A stretch of 44,082 bases of DNA from Clostridia bacterium (GTDB taxonomy: Bacteria; Bacillota; Clostridia; Oscillospirales; Acutalibacteraceae): contig JAFUPS010000065.1 of assembly GCA_017481085.1 (NCBI GenBank), forward strand, positions 1 through 44,082, in the 5' to 3' direction. This document shows, piece by piece, positions 1 to 7,284 of the stretch. Within the stretch, counting starts at the first letter, position 1; each line of letters opens with the position of its first letter. A program made the translations under genes and the position numbers. The notes beneath the pieces were generated by a model that was not told the DNA's origin, did not search any database, and saw only the letters and a program-made list of their open reading frames with translations.

Positions 1-4
1 AGTC

Positions 5-156
5 GTGTATATCATTGCCGCACAAGTGCGGCGTATATCATCACACCTTTAGGTGTGTATTAAAAATCTATCGGCTTGATGATATACAAAACTTCGTTTT
101 GATGATATGCAATTCCCCCAGGAATTGATGATATACAATGCTTCGCATTGATTTAT
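5..156. repeat. Array of TTGATGATAT(A/G)CAA boxes interleaved with unrelated short perfect palindromes. There are 3 forward copies, 1 degenerate copy and 2 reverse-complement copies.
   Basis: Forward boxes lie at 76-89, 99-112 and 125-138, with a degenerate TTGATTTAT at 148-156. Reverse-complement copies are GTATATCAT(CA) at 5-15 and 33-43. The palindromes are 17-32 GCCGCAC/GTGCGGC, 42-57 CACACCT/AGGTGTG, 87-101 CAAAAC/GTTTTG, 110-127 CAATTCC/GGAATTG and 136-150 CAATGC/GCATTG. Confidence 0.75.
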
Positions 157-176
157 TTCCGCTTCTATGCTATAAT
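148..176 (+). promoter_or_regulatory. Candidate sigmaA promoter for the 197..775 gene
   Basis: TTGATT (148-153), a 17-nt spacer and an extended -10 TGcTATAAT (168-176). A GAGGTGA RBS lies at 183-189, before the ATG at 197. Confidence 0.45.
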
Positions 177-196
177 ACAACTGAGGTGATAATGCG

Positions 197-775
197 ATGA
201 AAGCATGGGAAACGTTGCCCGAAGGGTATAAAGAACTATATGCTATCGACCTTCAAAAGAACAAAAAGCTATCGGTGCTGGTAAACGTGCTGGCGATTTT
301 GATCGCCGTGTTGCTGGTTGTGCCGATGCATTTTGTCCGCCCGATCACGGCATTGTTCAGCATGGCAGACGGCCTGGGCGCTTATGCGCTTCGCTTTGTT
401 GTGTTGCTCGTGTTAATGGTCGTTTACATGATACTGCACGAGCTTGTCCACGGTGTGGCGATGAAGCTCTGTGGAACGAAAAAAGTGAAATACGGCTTTA
501 CCGGCTTGTATGCTTTTGCCGGCAGCGAGGATTACTACGACAAGCGATCCTACATTTTCATTGCATTGGCGCCGGTTGTCTTGTGGGGGATCGTGCTGGC
601 GCTGATCACGCCGTTCGTTTCGCTCGAATGGTTTTGGGTGGTCTATTTGCTGCAGGTGAGCAATCTGTCCGGTGCAGCGGGGGATTTTTTTGTGACGGTG
701 AGATTTTCTCGTTTTCCGCAAGACGTGCTGATCAAAGATCACGGCGTTGGTATGACGGTGTTTTCCAAACAGTAA
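197..775 (+). CDS. DUF3267-like polytopic membrane protein with an HExxH motif (putative zincin peptidase)
   Basis: The 192-aa ORF has several hydrophobic helices and the motif HELVHG. An RBS and promoter lie upstream and a terminator lies downstream. Confidence 0.55.
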   Translation: MKAWETLPEGYKELYAIDLQKNKKLSVLVNVLAILIAVLLVVPMHFVRPITALFSMADGLGAYALRFVVLLVLMVVYMILHELVHGVAMKLCGTKKVKYGFTGLYAFAGSEDYYDKRSYIFIALAPVVLWGIVLALITPFVSLEWFWVVYLLQVSNLSGAAGDFFVTVRFSRFPQDVLIKDHGVGMTVFSKQ

Positions 776-787
776 AGCGTATAATGT

Positions 788-820
788 AACGGGAGCACCA
801 GCGGTGCTCCCGTTTGTTTT
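788..820. terminator. Bidirectional rho-independent terminator between convergent genes
   Basis: AACGGGAGCACC-agc-GGTGCTCCCGTT (788-814) is followed by TGTTTT. Confidence 0.7.
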
Positions 821-1217
821 ACGCAGATGCCCGGCATTTGACCAGGCAAGCAGATGCTGTGAAGATCAGCGAGAAAAACAACAGCAGCAGTCCTACCAAA
901 ACAGCGCCGACAATGCTGGTGGCGGCAAAGGGAATAGCCAGCAGCACGACGGAAAGCAGAATACTGCCGAGAATACCCGTCAGCAGAGCGGATAAACCGC
1001 TTCCGGAGCATGCAACGGGTTGCTCACGAAGCAGATAGGCCGCCAGCAGAACGGCCAGATATCCCACAGCAACACCGAACACCACCCACAGAAACGCCGG
1101 CGTGGTCGCAATGATACCGGTAATGCGCAGTAACGCGGTGATCACACCGATGATCACGCTGGCAATAACACCCCAGCCAACGCATTCCCGATTACCGTCA
1201 CAACGGAATAATACCAT
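819..1217 (-). CDS. Small polytopic membrane protein of unknown function
   Basis: The ORF is 819..1229. The ATG at 1217 is preceded by GGAGGTGA, and the 1229 start is a GTG inside that RBS. It has about 4 hydrophobic helices and an N-terminal CDGNREC segment. Confidence 0.5.
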   Translation of the reverse strand: MVLFRCDGNRECVGWGVIASVIIGVITALLRITGIIATTPAFLWVVFGVAVGYLAVLLAAYLLREQPVACSGSGLSALLTGILGSILLSVVLLAIPFAATSIVGAVLVGLLLLFFSLIFTASACLVKCRASA

Positions 1218-1283
1218 AACGTGTCTCACCTCCTTCCATTACAATTTATGGCAAAGCGGTGGGACATGTTCTTGTATTCGGGT

Positions 1284-1312
1284 TTGACATTCAGGAGCAT
1301 ATCGCGTATAAT
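1284..1312 (+). promoter_or_regulatory. Perfect consensus sigmaA promoter (TTGACA-17 nt-TATAAT)
   Basis: TTGACA at 1284-1289, exactly 17 nt of spacer, and TATAAT at 1307-1312. Confidence 0.7.
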
Positions 1313-1348
1313 CGTATTATGCAGAAAAATGGTAAGGAGTGTCACAAG

Positions 1349-2635
1349 TTGACGATCGTTGAATTTTTTGATAAGGACGCTATTGAAAACATTGTCAGCA
1401 CGCTGTTGTGCGAGCCGGAACGTGTGATCTTCGTCGGCTCTAAAAAATCGGACATGGAGCGCGCAATAGAGGTTTATAAACGGATTGCGGAGGAAGGCAA
1501 CATTCAGGTGGAGTTCGATTGCCGCCCGGTCAACCATAACGATATGCCCGCTATTATCCGGACACTTTCCGCAATCGTAGAGGAATGCGGTGAGTGCACG
1601 TTTGATCTTACCGGCGGCGAGGATCTGTATTTGGCGGCAGTCGGAGCGGTGTTCCACAATTATCCGGACAAGGTCCAGCTTCACCGCTTTAATATCCGCA
1701 ACGGCCGGTTGTACGATTGCGATGCAGATGGCAGGGTGGAGGAAACGGTTCGCGATTCCATCAGTTGTGGGGAGCTCATCGGCGCCTTTGGCGGCCGTAT
1801 CGTCACATGTGAGGATAAGCCGAACGGCACCTTTACCTGGGATTATACCGAGGATTTCAAGGCAGATATTTGGGCCATGTGGCGTATTTGCTGTCGTAAC
1901 ATTCTGGCCTGGAATACGCAGATCAATGCGTTGGACGGTATCAACGAATGGCAACAATTACCGCCGGAGGAGCTGAATATAACGGTCAACAAGGACTTGG
2001 CCGGCGAGGCGCTTCCTTACCGGGGCAAGACCTGCGCGTTTTTATATGAGGTGCTGAGACCGTTGGAGGAGCAGGCGCTGATCTCCAATCTTTCCATGAA
2101 AGGCGATTACTTGTCGCTTACCTTTAAGAATGAGCAGGTCAAGCGCTGTCTCACCAAGGCCGGGCAGATTCTTGAGGTATTGATCTCGATGCTGGCATTG
2201 GAGCAGTCGGACGACGCTGACGAGCCTTTGTATGATGACGTGATGACCGGTGTGCTGATCGATTGGGACGGTCCGGCAGAGACGCACCCGACCGACGTGG
2301 AAAACGAGATCGACGTGGTGCTCATGAAAGGCCTGATGCCGGTATTTGTTTCCTGTAAAAACGGGTTTGTTAAAACGGAGGAGCTGTATAAATTCAATAC
2401 GGTTGCCGATCGTTTTGGCGGTAAATACGTTGTTAAGGTGTTAATTGCATCTGATTTGACGCGCTTTGGCACCGAAGAGGATCTGCGTGCGCGTGCTGAG
2501 GAGATGAACATTTGCCTTGTAACCGGCTTGACGGATTTGGACGAGCGCGAGCTTCGGCGCGTGGTACAGTTGTTGTATTCTCCCAATGAGCTGACACAGT
2601 TGATGGAATCCATTCGGAAAAAGAGGGGCGTATAA
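1349..2635 (+). CDS. Card1/Can2-like protein (DUF1887 family): N-terminal CARF-like Rossmann domain plus C-terminal PD-(D/E)xK nuclease-like domain
   Basis: The ORF is 1259..2635. The likely start is TTG at 1349, 9 nt after AAGGAG (1334-1339) and downstream of the predicted TSS. The N-terminus reads IVEFFDKD...VIFVGS...FDLTGGEDLYLAAVG. The C-terminus reads GQILEVL...NEIDVVLMKGLMPVFVSCKNG...GGKYVVKVLIAS, which has the layout of a restriction-endonuclease fold. Confidence 0.5.
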   Translation: MTIVEFFDKDAIENIVSTLLCEPERVIFVGSKKSDMERAIEVYKRIAEEGNIQVEFDCRPVNHNDMPAIIRTLSAIVEECGECTFDLTGGEDLYLAAVGAVFHNYPDKVQLHRFNIRNGRLYDCDADGRVEETVRDSISCGELIGAFGGRIVTCEDKPNGTFTWDYTEDFKADIWAMWRICCRNILAWNTQINALDGINEWQQLPPEELNITVNKDLAGEALPYRGKTCAFLYEVLRPLEEQALISNLSMKGDYLSLTFKNEQVKRCLTKAGQILEVLISMLALEQSDDADEPLYDDVMTGVLIDWDGPAETHPTDVENEIDVVLMKGLMPVFVSCKNGFVKTEELYKFNTVADRFGGKYVVKVLIASDLTRFGTEEDLRARAEEMNICLVTGLTDLDERELRRVVQLLYSPNELTQLMESIRKKRGV

Positions 2636-2677
2636 CCGACGGATAGCGGGGGATACTATCGCCGAGGTGATAGTCGT

Positions 2678-2860
2678 ATGTCGGATCGTGATGAAGAATT
2701 CTCTTATCCGCTGCCGATTGGCATTCCACAGCAATCGCTTAACGGCATCCTGCCGAATTATAACCCGTTGCTGCCGTATATGTACCCTGTGATCGATACC
2801 GATCTGGGAGAGGACAACGTGGAAAACGATATTCCGGACGCGGATCTCGAGGATCTATGA
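2678..2860 (+). CDS. Small (60 aa) acidic hypothetical protein
   Basis: A GAGGTGA RBS lies upstream. The ORF sits between the CARF-nuclease gene and the terminator, and its C-terminus is very acidic (DTDLGEDNVENDIPDADLEDL). Confidence 0.4.
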   Translation: MSDRDEEFSYPLPIGIPQQSLNGILPNYNPLLPYMYPVIDTDLGEDNVENDIPDADLEDL

Positions 2861-2866
2861 CAAGTA

Positions 2867-2905
2867 GAAGGCCTTGCCAGATAGTTCTGGCAAGGCCTTC
2901 TTTTT
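2867..2905. terminator. Bidirectional rho-independent terminator
   Basis: GAAGGCCTTGCCAG-atagtt-CTGGCAAGGCCTTC followed by TTTTT. Confidence 0.8.
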
Positions 2906-3722
2906 ATTCTGTAACAGTTAATGAAACAAGCTGAAGTTCTTCGCCGTGGCGGCGCACGGTCAGCAAATATTTTCCTTTGACTTCATAGCGTTTACCGCTA
3001 ATTTCGGTATACACACCGGGATAATCATCCGCCAAAAGATAAGCGTCGTATAAGGTGATGACAACGGTTTGGTCGTGTTCCTCCTGCTGTATGCAGAGGA
3101 ACTCGCCATCCACACCATATCCGGCAAACTGCGTAAAGGTCAACACCTTGTCGTTATAATTTGCCTGAATAGCGTTACTGTACATCCAAAACGATAAGCC
3201 GTCCATGTTGAAAGTGCGACCAAAGAAGCGTGTGATAAGGAAATTCGCCCTTTCGATGGGAACACAGATCGTTTTTATCGGTGGTGTTTCGGTCGTATAA
3301 GGGATAAACTCATCGGTTTGGATAGCGCCGTAGACGTATAAGGCTTTAGCTACACGCTCGGCCGATAGCTCGTTCACCGTTTCAAACGGCCCCAGTGCAC
3401 GTGCGATGGCGGCTATTTCTTGGACAACGGCCGGGGATAAAGCGTCTTCTGTAGCGTGAGCGGTTGTTATTTGATGACCTGTGGTGGAAGTGGTCGTGGT
3501 TGTGATTGCGACAGTTGTAGAGGATGGCGCGTGTGTTGTGGTCGTTGTGGAGGCCGGGGGATTCCGATCGATGGTGGTGTCGGCATTAGTGGCGGTTGTT
3601 GTTCCGCTATAGTAAGATGCCGTAGTCGTGGTGGTTGTCGATGGGACGGTAACGACCGGCGCAGAGCGGTTGCATGCAGATAGCAACAATAGCAGTGCCA
3701 TCGTCAGCGGTATCCATTTCAT
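2904..3722 (-). CDS. Lipoprotein with a long Thr/Ser-rich linker and a C-terminal domain of unknown function
   Basis: The start is taken at MKWIPLTMALLLLLSAC, which has a lipobox (LSAC). About 90 aa of T/S-rich low complexity follow, then a globular C-terminal domain. Confidence 0.6.
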   Translation of the reverse strand: MKWIPLTMALLLLLSACNRSAPVVTVPSTTTTTTASYYSGTTTATNADTTIDRNPPASTTTTTHAPSSTTVAITTTTTSTTGHQITTAHATEDALSPAVVQEIAAIARALGPFETVNELSAERVAKALYVYGAIQTDEFIPYTTETPPIKTICVPIERANFLITRFFGRTFNMDGLSFWMYSNAIQANYNDKVLTFTQFAGYGVDGEFLCIQQEEHDQTVVITLYDAYLLADDYPGVYTEISGKRYEVKGKYLLTVRRHGEELQLVSLTVTE

Positions 3723-3803
3723 AGCATAACTCCTTGTCGAGCGCAAATTTCCATCATTATACACCATATGACAGCTTTCGACAAGGGATGTGCAGAATTG
3801 GCA

Positions 3804-4559
3804 CTATTTATAATGCCGTGGTGAGCATCCAAACCGTTGCTTGAAGGCTTTGGAGAAATGGCAGTAGTCCGGATATCCCACCGAGATCGCCGCTGTGGTG
3901 GGGGATTCACCATAGTCTGCAATCAGCTCGGCGGCCTTCTTCAGCCGCAACTCCGAAAGATAGGCAATGGGAGAAACGCCCACTTCTTTTTTGAATAGCG
4001 TAGAAAAATAACTGCGATCCAGCCTCAGGCGGGCGGCAATGGCGTTGACGTTGATGCCTGTGGTATATTCGGCGTGCATGATGCTCAGCGCCTTTTCTAC
4101 ATGGCTGGGGATGCTATCAGAAGCGTCCTGCAACAAGGCGTGCAACTCCCATATCCGGCTGCTGAGGAAGGCGCTTCGTCCATTTTCCATTTCGCGGCAT
4201 TGTTTCATGTCTTCAAAGATCTTACCAGCACCGGGGCAACGGATCACCGGTTTATCAAACACAGCGGTCAGCGTCTCATCTGCGCGAAACCCGATCCACG
4301 TATAATACCAGGGATCTTCGGTATCGGCCTGATAAAACGTCTCCACAAACGGTGGGATCACAAAGATATCCCCCTTGCGCACGGTGTGGCGCTTGCCTTC
4401 TCGCTCGAAGATGCCCTTTCCGGAGATGACGTAATGCAACAGCCAATACGATCGGACGGCCGGTCCAAATGCCCAATTGGGCCGACATTCCTCATAACCG
4501 AAAATATAGGGATTATAGCCCGGGTAATGCCTGTTTACCACGATTTCGTTATATAACAT
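3804..4559 (-). CDS. AraC/XylS-family transcriptional regulator (cupin sensor plus HTH)
   Basis: The start is MLYNEIVV, after an AGGTGA RBS. The C-terminus has the typical AraC double HTH (SPTTAAISVGYPDYCHFSKAFKQRFGCSPRHY). It is divergent from the GH4 gene. Confidence 0.85.
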   Translation of the reverse strand: MLYNEIVVNRHYPGYNPYIFGYEECRPNWAFGPAVRSYWLLHYVISGKGIFEREGKRHTVRKGDIFVIPPFVETFYQADTEDPWYYTWIGFRADETLTAVFDKPVIRCPGAGKIFEDMKQCREMENGRSAFLSSRIWELHALLQDASDSIPSHVEKALSIMHAEYTTGINVNAIAARLRLDRSYFSTLFKKEVGVSPIAYLSELRLKKAAELIADYGESPTTAAISVGYPDYCHFSKAFKQRFGCSPRHYK

Positions 4560-4678
4560 AAAATCACCTCGGTTGCAATATACAACATTATAACAAGTTT
4601 TGCACACAAAAATCAATGTTTTTCACAACATTTTAATGATATAATGGACACACCAACCATGAAGGAGTGGATACGTTT

Positions 4679-6001
4679 ATGAAGATTACGTTTATGGGTG
4701 CCGGCAGCACTGTGTTTGCGCGCAACGTCATTGGCGATTGCCTGTGCACCGAAGCTCTGCGCGACAGCGTGTTTGCGCTGTACGATATCGACGGTGAACG
4801 TCTGGAGGAAAGCCGCGTGATTTTGGAGGCCATTCGTGCCGCCAAGGGCGGTTATGGCAAGATCGAGTGCTATCTTGGCGTGGAACAGCGCAAGGATGCG
4901 CTGCGCGGTGCAACCTTTGTGATCAACGCCATTCAGGTTGGCGGCTACGATCCGTGCACGATCATTGATTTTGAGAGTCCGAAGAAGTACGGTTTGCGCC
5001 AGACCATTGCCGATACGCTTGGCATCGGCGGCATCATGCGTGCACTGCGCACCATTCCGGTCATGGCGGATTTTGCGGCGGATATGCGTGAGGTGTGTCC
5101 GGATGCGCTGATACTCAATTACACCAACCCGATGGCGATGCTCACCGGCTATATGCAGCGGTATACCGGCATTCAGGCAGTCGGTTTGTGCCACAGCGTG
5201 CAGGTGTGCTCCGAATGTCTGTTGGGTGAGCTGGGAATGCAGGATAAGCTGGAAGGACGCAAGGAGCTGATCGCCGGTATCAACCACATGGCCTGGTTGC
5301 TTGAGATCCGCGATAAAAACGGCGTGGACCTGTATCCTGAGATCAAAAGCCGCATCGATGAAAAGCTGAACGATCCTACGTATCTCAATAAGGTCCGTCT
5401 GGAATATATCAAGCATTTCGGCTATTATTGCACCGAATCGAGCGAGCACAATGCCGAGTACAATATGTTCTACATCAAGAGCAAGTATCCCGAGCTGATC
5501 GAACGGTACAACATTCCGCTGGATGAGTATCCGCGTCGTTGCATCAATCAGGCGGCATCGTGGAAGGAAGAATATCAAAATATGCTGGAAAACGGCGTCA
5601 AGGAGCACGAGCGCTCGCATGAATATGCGTCGTATATTATGGAGTCCATCGTCACGAACAAGCCTTATCAGATCGGCGGTAACGTGCTCAATACCGGCGG
5701 CTTGATCAGCAATCTGCCGCAGGAGGCGTGTGTGGAGGTGCCGTGTCTGGTCAACGGTCAGGGTATCCATCCGTGCCGTGTGGGTGCACTGCCGGTGCAG
5801 TGTGCGGCCATGAATATGACCAACATTAACGTGCAGTTGCTGACCATTGAGGCGGCTCGCACGCTTAAGCGTGAGCATATCTATCAGGCGGCGATGCTCG
5901 ATCCGCACACCGGCAGCGAGCTGGATATTGATACCATCAAAAAGATGGTGGATGAGCTGATCGATGCTCACGGCGATTACCTGCCGAAATACCACCAATA
6001 A
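4679..6001 (+). CDS. melA: GH4-family NAD/Mn-dependent alpha-galactosidase (MelA-like)
   Basis: The sequence MKITFMGAGSTVFARNVIGD...IADTLGIGGIMRALRTIP...NYTNPMAM...GLCHSVQ...YFCTESSEHNAEY follows E. coli MelA closely as I recall it. An AAGGAG RBS lies at 4662-4667. Confidence 0.75.
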   Translation: MKITFMGAGSTVFARNVIGDCLCTEALRDSVFALYDIDGERLEESRVILEAIRAAKGGYGKIECYLGVEQRKDALRGATFVINAIQVGGYDPCTIIDFESPKKYGLRQTIADTLGIGGIMRALRTIPVMADFAADMREVCPDALILNYTNPMAMLTGYMQRYTGIQAVGLCHSVQVCSECLLGELGMQDKLEGRKELIAGINHMAWLLEIRDKNGVDLYPEIKSRIDEKLNDPTYLNKVRLEYIKHFGYYCTESSEHNAEYNMFYIKSKYPELIERYNIPLDEYPRRCINQAASWKEEYQNMLENGVKEHERSHEYASYIMESIVTNKPYQIGGNVLNTGGLISNLPQEACVEVPCLVNGQGIHPCRVGALPVQCAAMNMTNINVQLLTIEAARTLKREHIYQAAMLDPHTGSELDIDTIKKMVDELIDAHGDYLPKYHQ

Positions 6002-6013
6002 TGTACAACTAAA

Positions 6014-6047
6014 AGAGCCCGATTTCGTAAAATCGGGCTCTTTTTTC
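6014..6047. terminator. Rho-independent terminator (bidirectional)
   Basis: AGAGCCCGATTT-cgta-AAATCGGGCTCT followed by TTTTT. Confidence 0.8.
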
Positions 6048-6061
6048 GTTGGATAGATGCG

Positions 6062-6955
6062 TTATTTATTCTTGTTCCAGCGATAGTTAACGCTACGGCG
6101 ATAATACTCGCTGGGCAAGATGCCGAAATGTTCCTTGAATTTCTTGGAGAAGTAAGACAGTGAGCTGATGCCGATCATCGCCGCTACCTCGGTAACGCTG
6201 CACTTATATACGGTCAGCATGTGCGCCGCATACTCCATTCGCTTGATATGGCGGTATTGTACGATCGTATAGCCGGTATACCGCTTAAACTGCGTGATCA
6301 GTGTAGACTGTGAAAGGGGATAAGACGCATAAATAGCGGAAACGTTGGTGTTAACGTAATCGAACTGATTGAAGTGATGCAGCATATCTTTTATGTATTT
6401 GTTGGCATCATCGTCATCCGACTTAGTCTTGGCTTTGTCTGTATGACGCAAAAACGTAAAAAACAGTGCGTTATAGATAAACAGATCCAGCTGGTCGGTA
6501 TGATCTTCTCCGGGAGTGTTGTTCATTCGTCCGACGATGGAATTCAGATATTCTGCCTGATCGTGCGACAATTTGCTTTCAACGTAAGGGGTGGAGGTCA
6601 TCTCGGGGTGATTGCTAAAATGACAGGCACAAAAATCTGTAAAGTACTTTTCCTTTATAATGAAAGAAAAGTGGACACTTTCCGGTTCTTCCACATAAAT
6701 GCCGTGTGTTTGACCCAACCCGAAGAATACGAGGGTGTTTTTGGTGAGCTGACGCTTTTTGCCCATATAATCATTAATAAAGCTCCCTTTTGTCACCAGC
6801 GAAAACTCATAGAAATCGGCATGGCAATGTGTAGGGGAATTGCCGAGCGCATACTGAAACCGGCAATTCTTTTCCGGACTCAGATAGTGTTCTTCAAAAA
6901 AATGGTTTCCCGGTCTTGGCAGAAACTTTTCCGGTGTTGATACGATTTCACTCAT
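6062..6955 (-). CDS. AraC/XylS-family transcriptional regulator, divergent from the polysaccharide locus
   Basis: The C-terminus has an AraC-type HTH (VTEVAAMIGISSLSYFSKKFKEHFGILPSEY) and the N-terminus is cupin-like. A 330-bp AT-rich divergent control region follows. Confidence 0.85.
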   Translation of the reverse strand: MSEIVSTPEKFLPRPGNHFFEEHYLSPEKNCRFQYALGNSPTHCHADFYEFSLVTKGSFINDYMGKKRQLTKNTLVFFGLGQTHGIYVEEPESVHFSFIIKEKYFTDFCACHFSNHPEMTSTPYVESKLSHDQAEYLNSIVGRMNNTPGEDHTDQLDLFIYNALFFTFLRHTDKAKTKSDDDDANKYIKDMLHHFNQFDYVNTNVSAIYASYPLSQSTLITQFKRYTGYTIVQYRHIKRMEYAAHMLTVYKCSVTEVAAMIGISSLSYFSKKFKEHFGILPSEYYRRSVNYRWNKNK

Positions 6956-7284
6956 TGGCTACACCGCGCTTTCTGTAAAAAAATGTTTATTGATTGCCAT
7001 TTTATTATAGCATAATCTTAGTTTCTGTCAATCGGAAAAACGAAAAAAGTTGCTATTGCTTGGTAAATATATCTAAAATAATTAAATGAATTTAGCTGAA
7101 TTGGTAAGACTGGGCAAAGTTTCTGTGAAAAAAGTGCTCAAAAGGCCAAAACTTCATAAAAAAATGTTAAATGCCATAAAGATGTGTTAGCATTTCGATA
7201 TGCTTGATGCTACACTATAATTGTCAAATTGGGAGATATCCCAAAAATATGTACTCTTTTGCATAAAAGAAAGGGGAAATAGTC

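Noticed and set aside
1-160. Possible CRISPR array at the window start
   Set aside because: The repeats are only 11-14 bp and the spacers are 9-15 bp and themselves palindromic. Copies occur in both orientations, and no cas genes are present. The geometry is incompatible with CRISPR.
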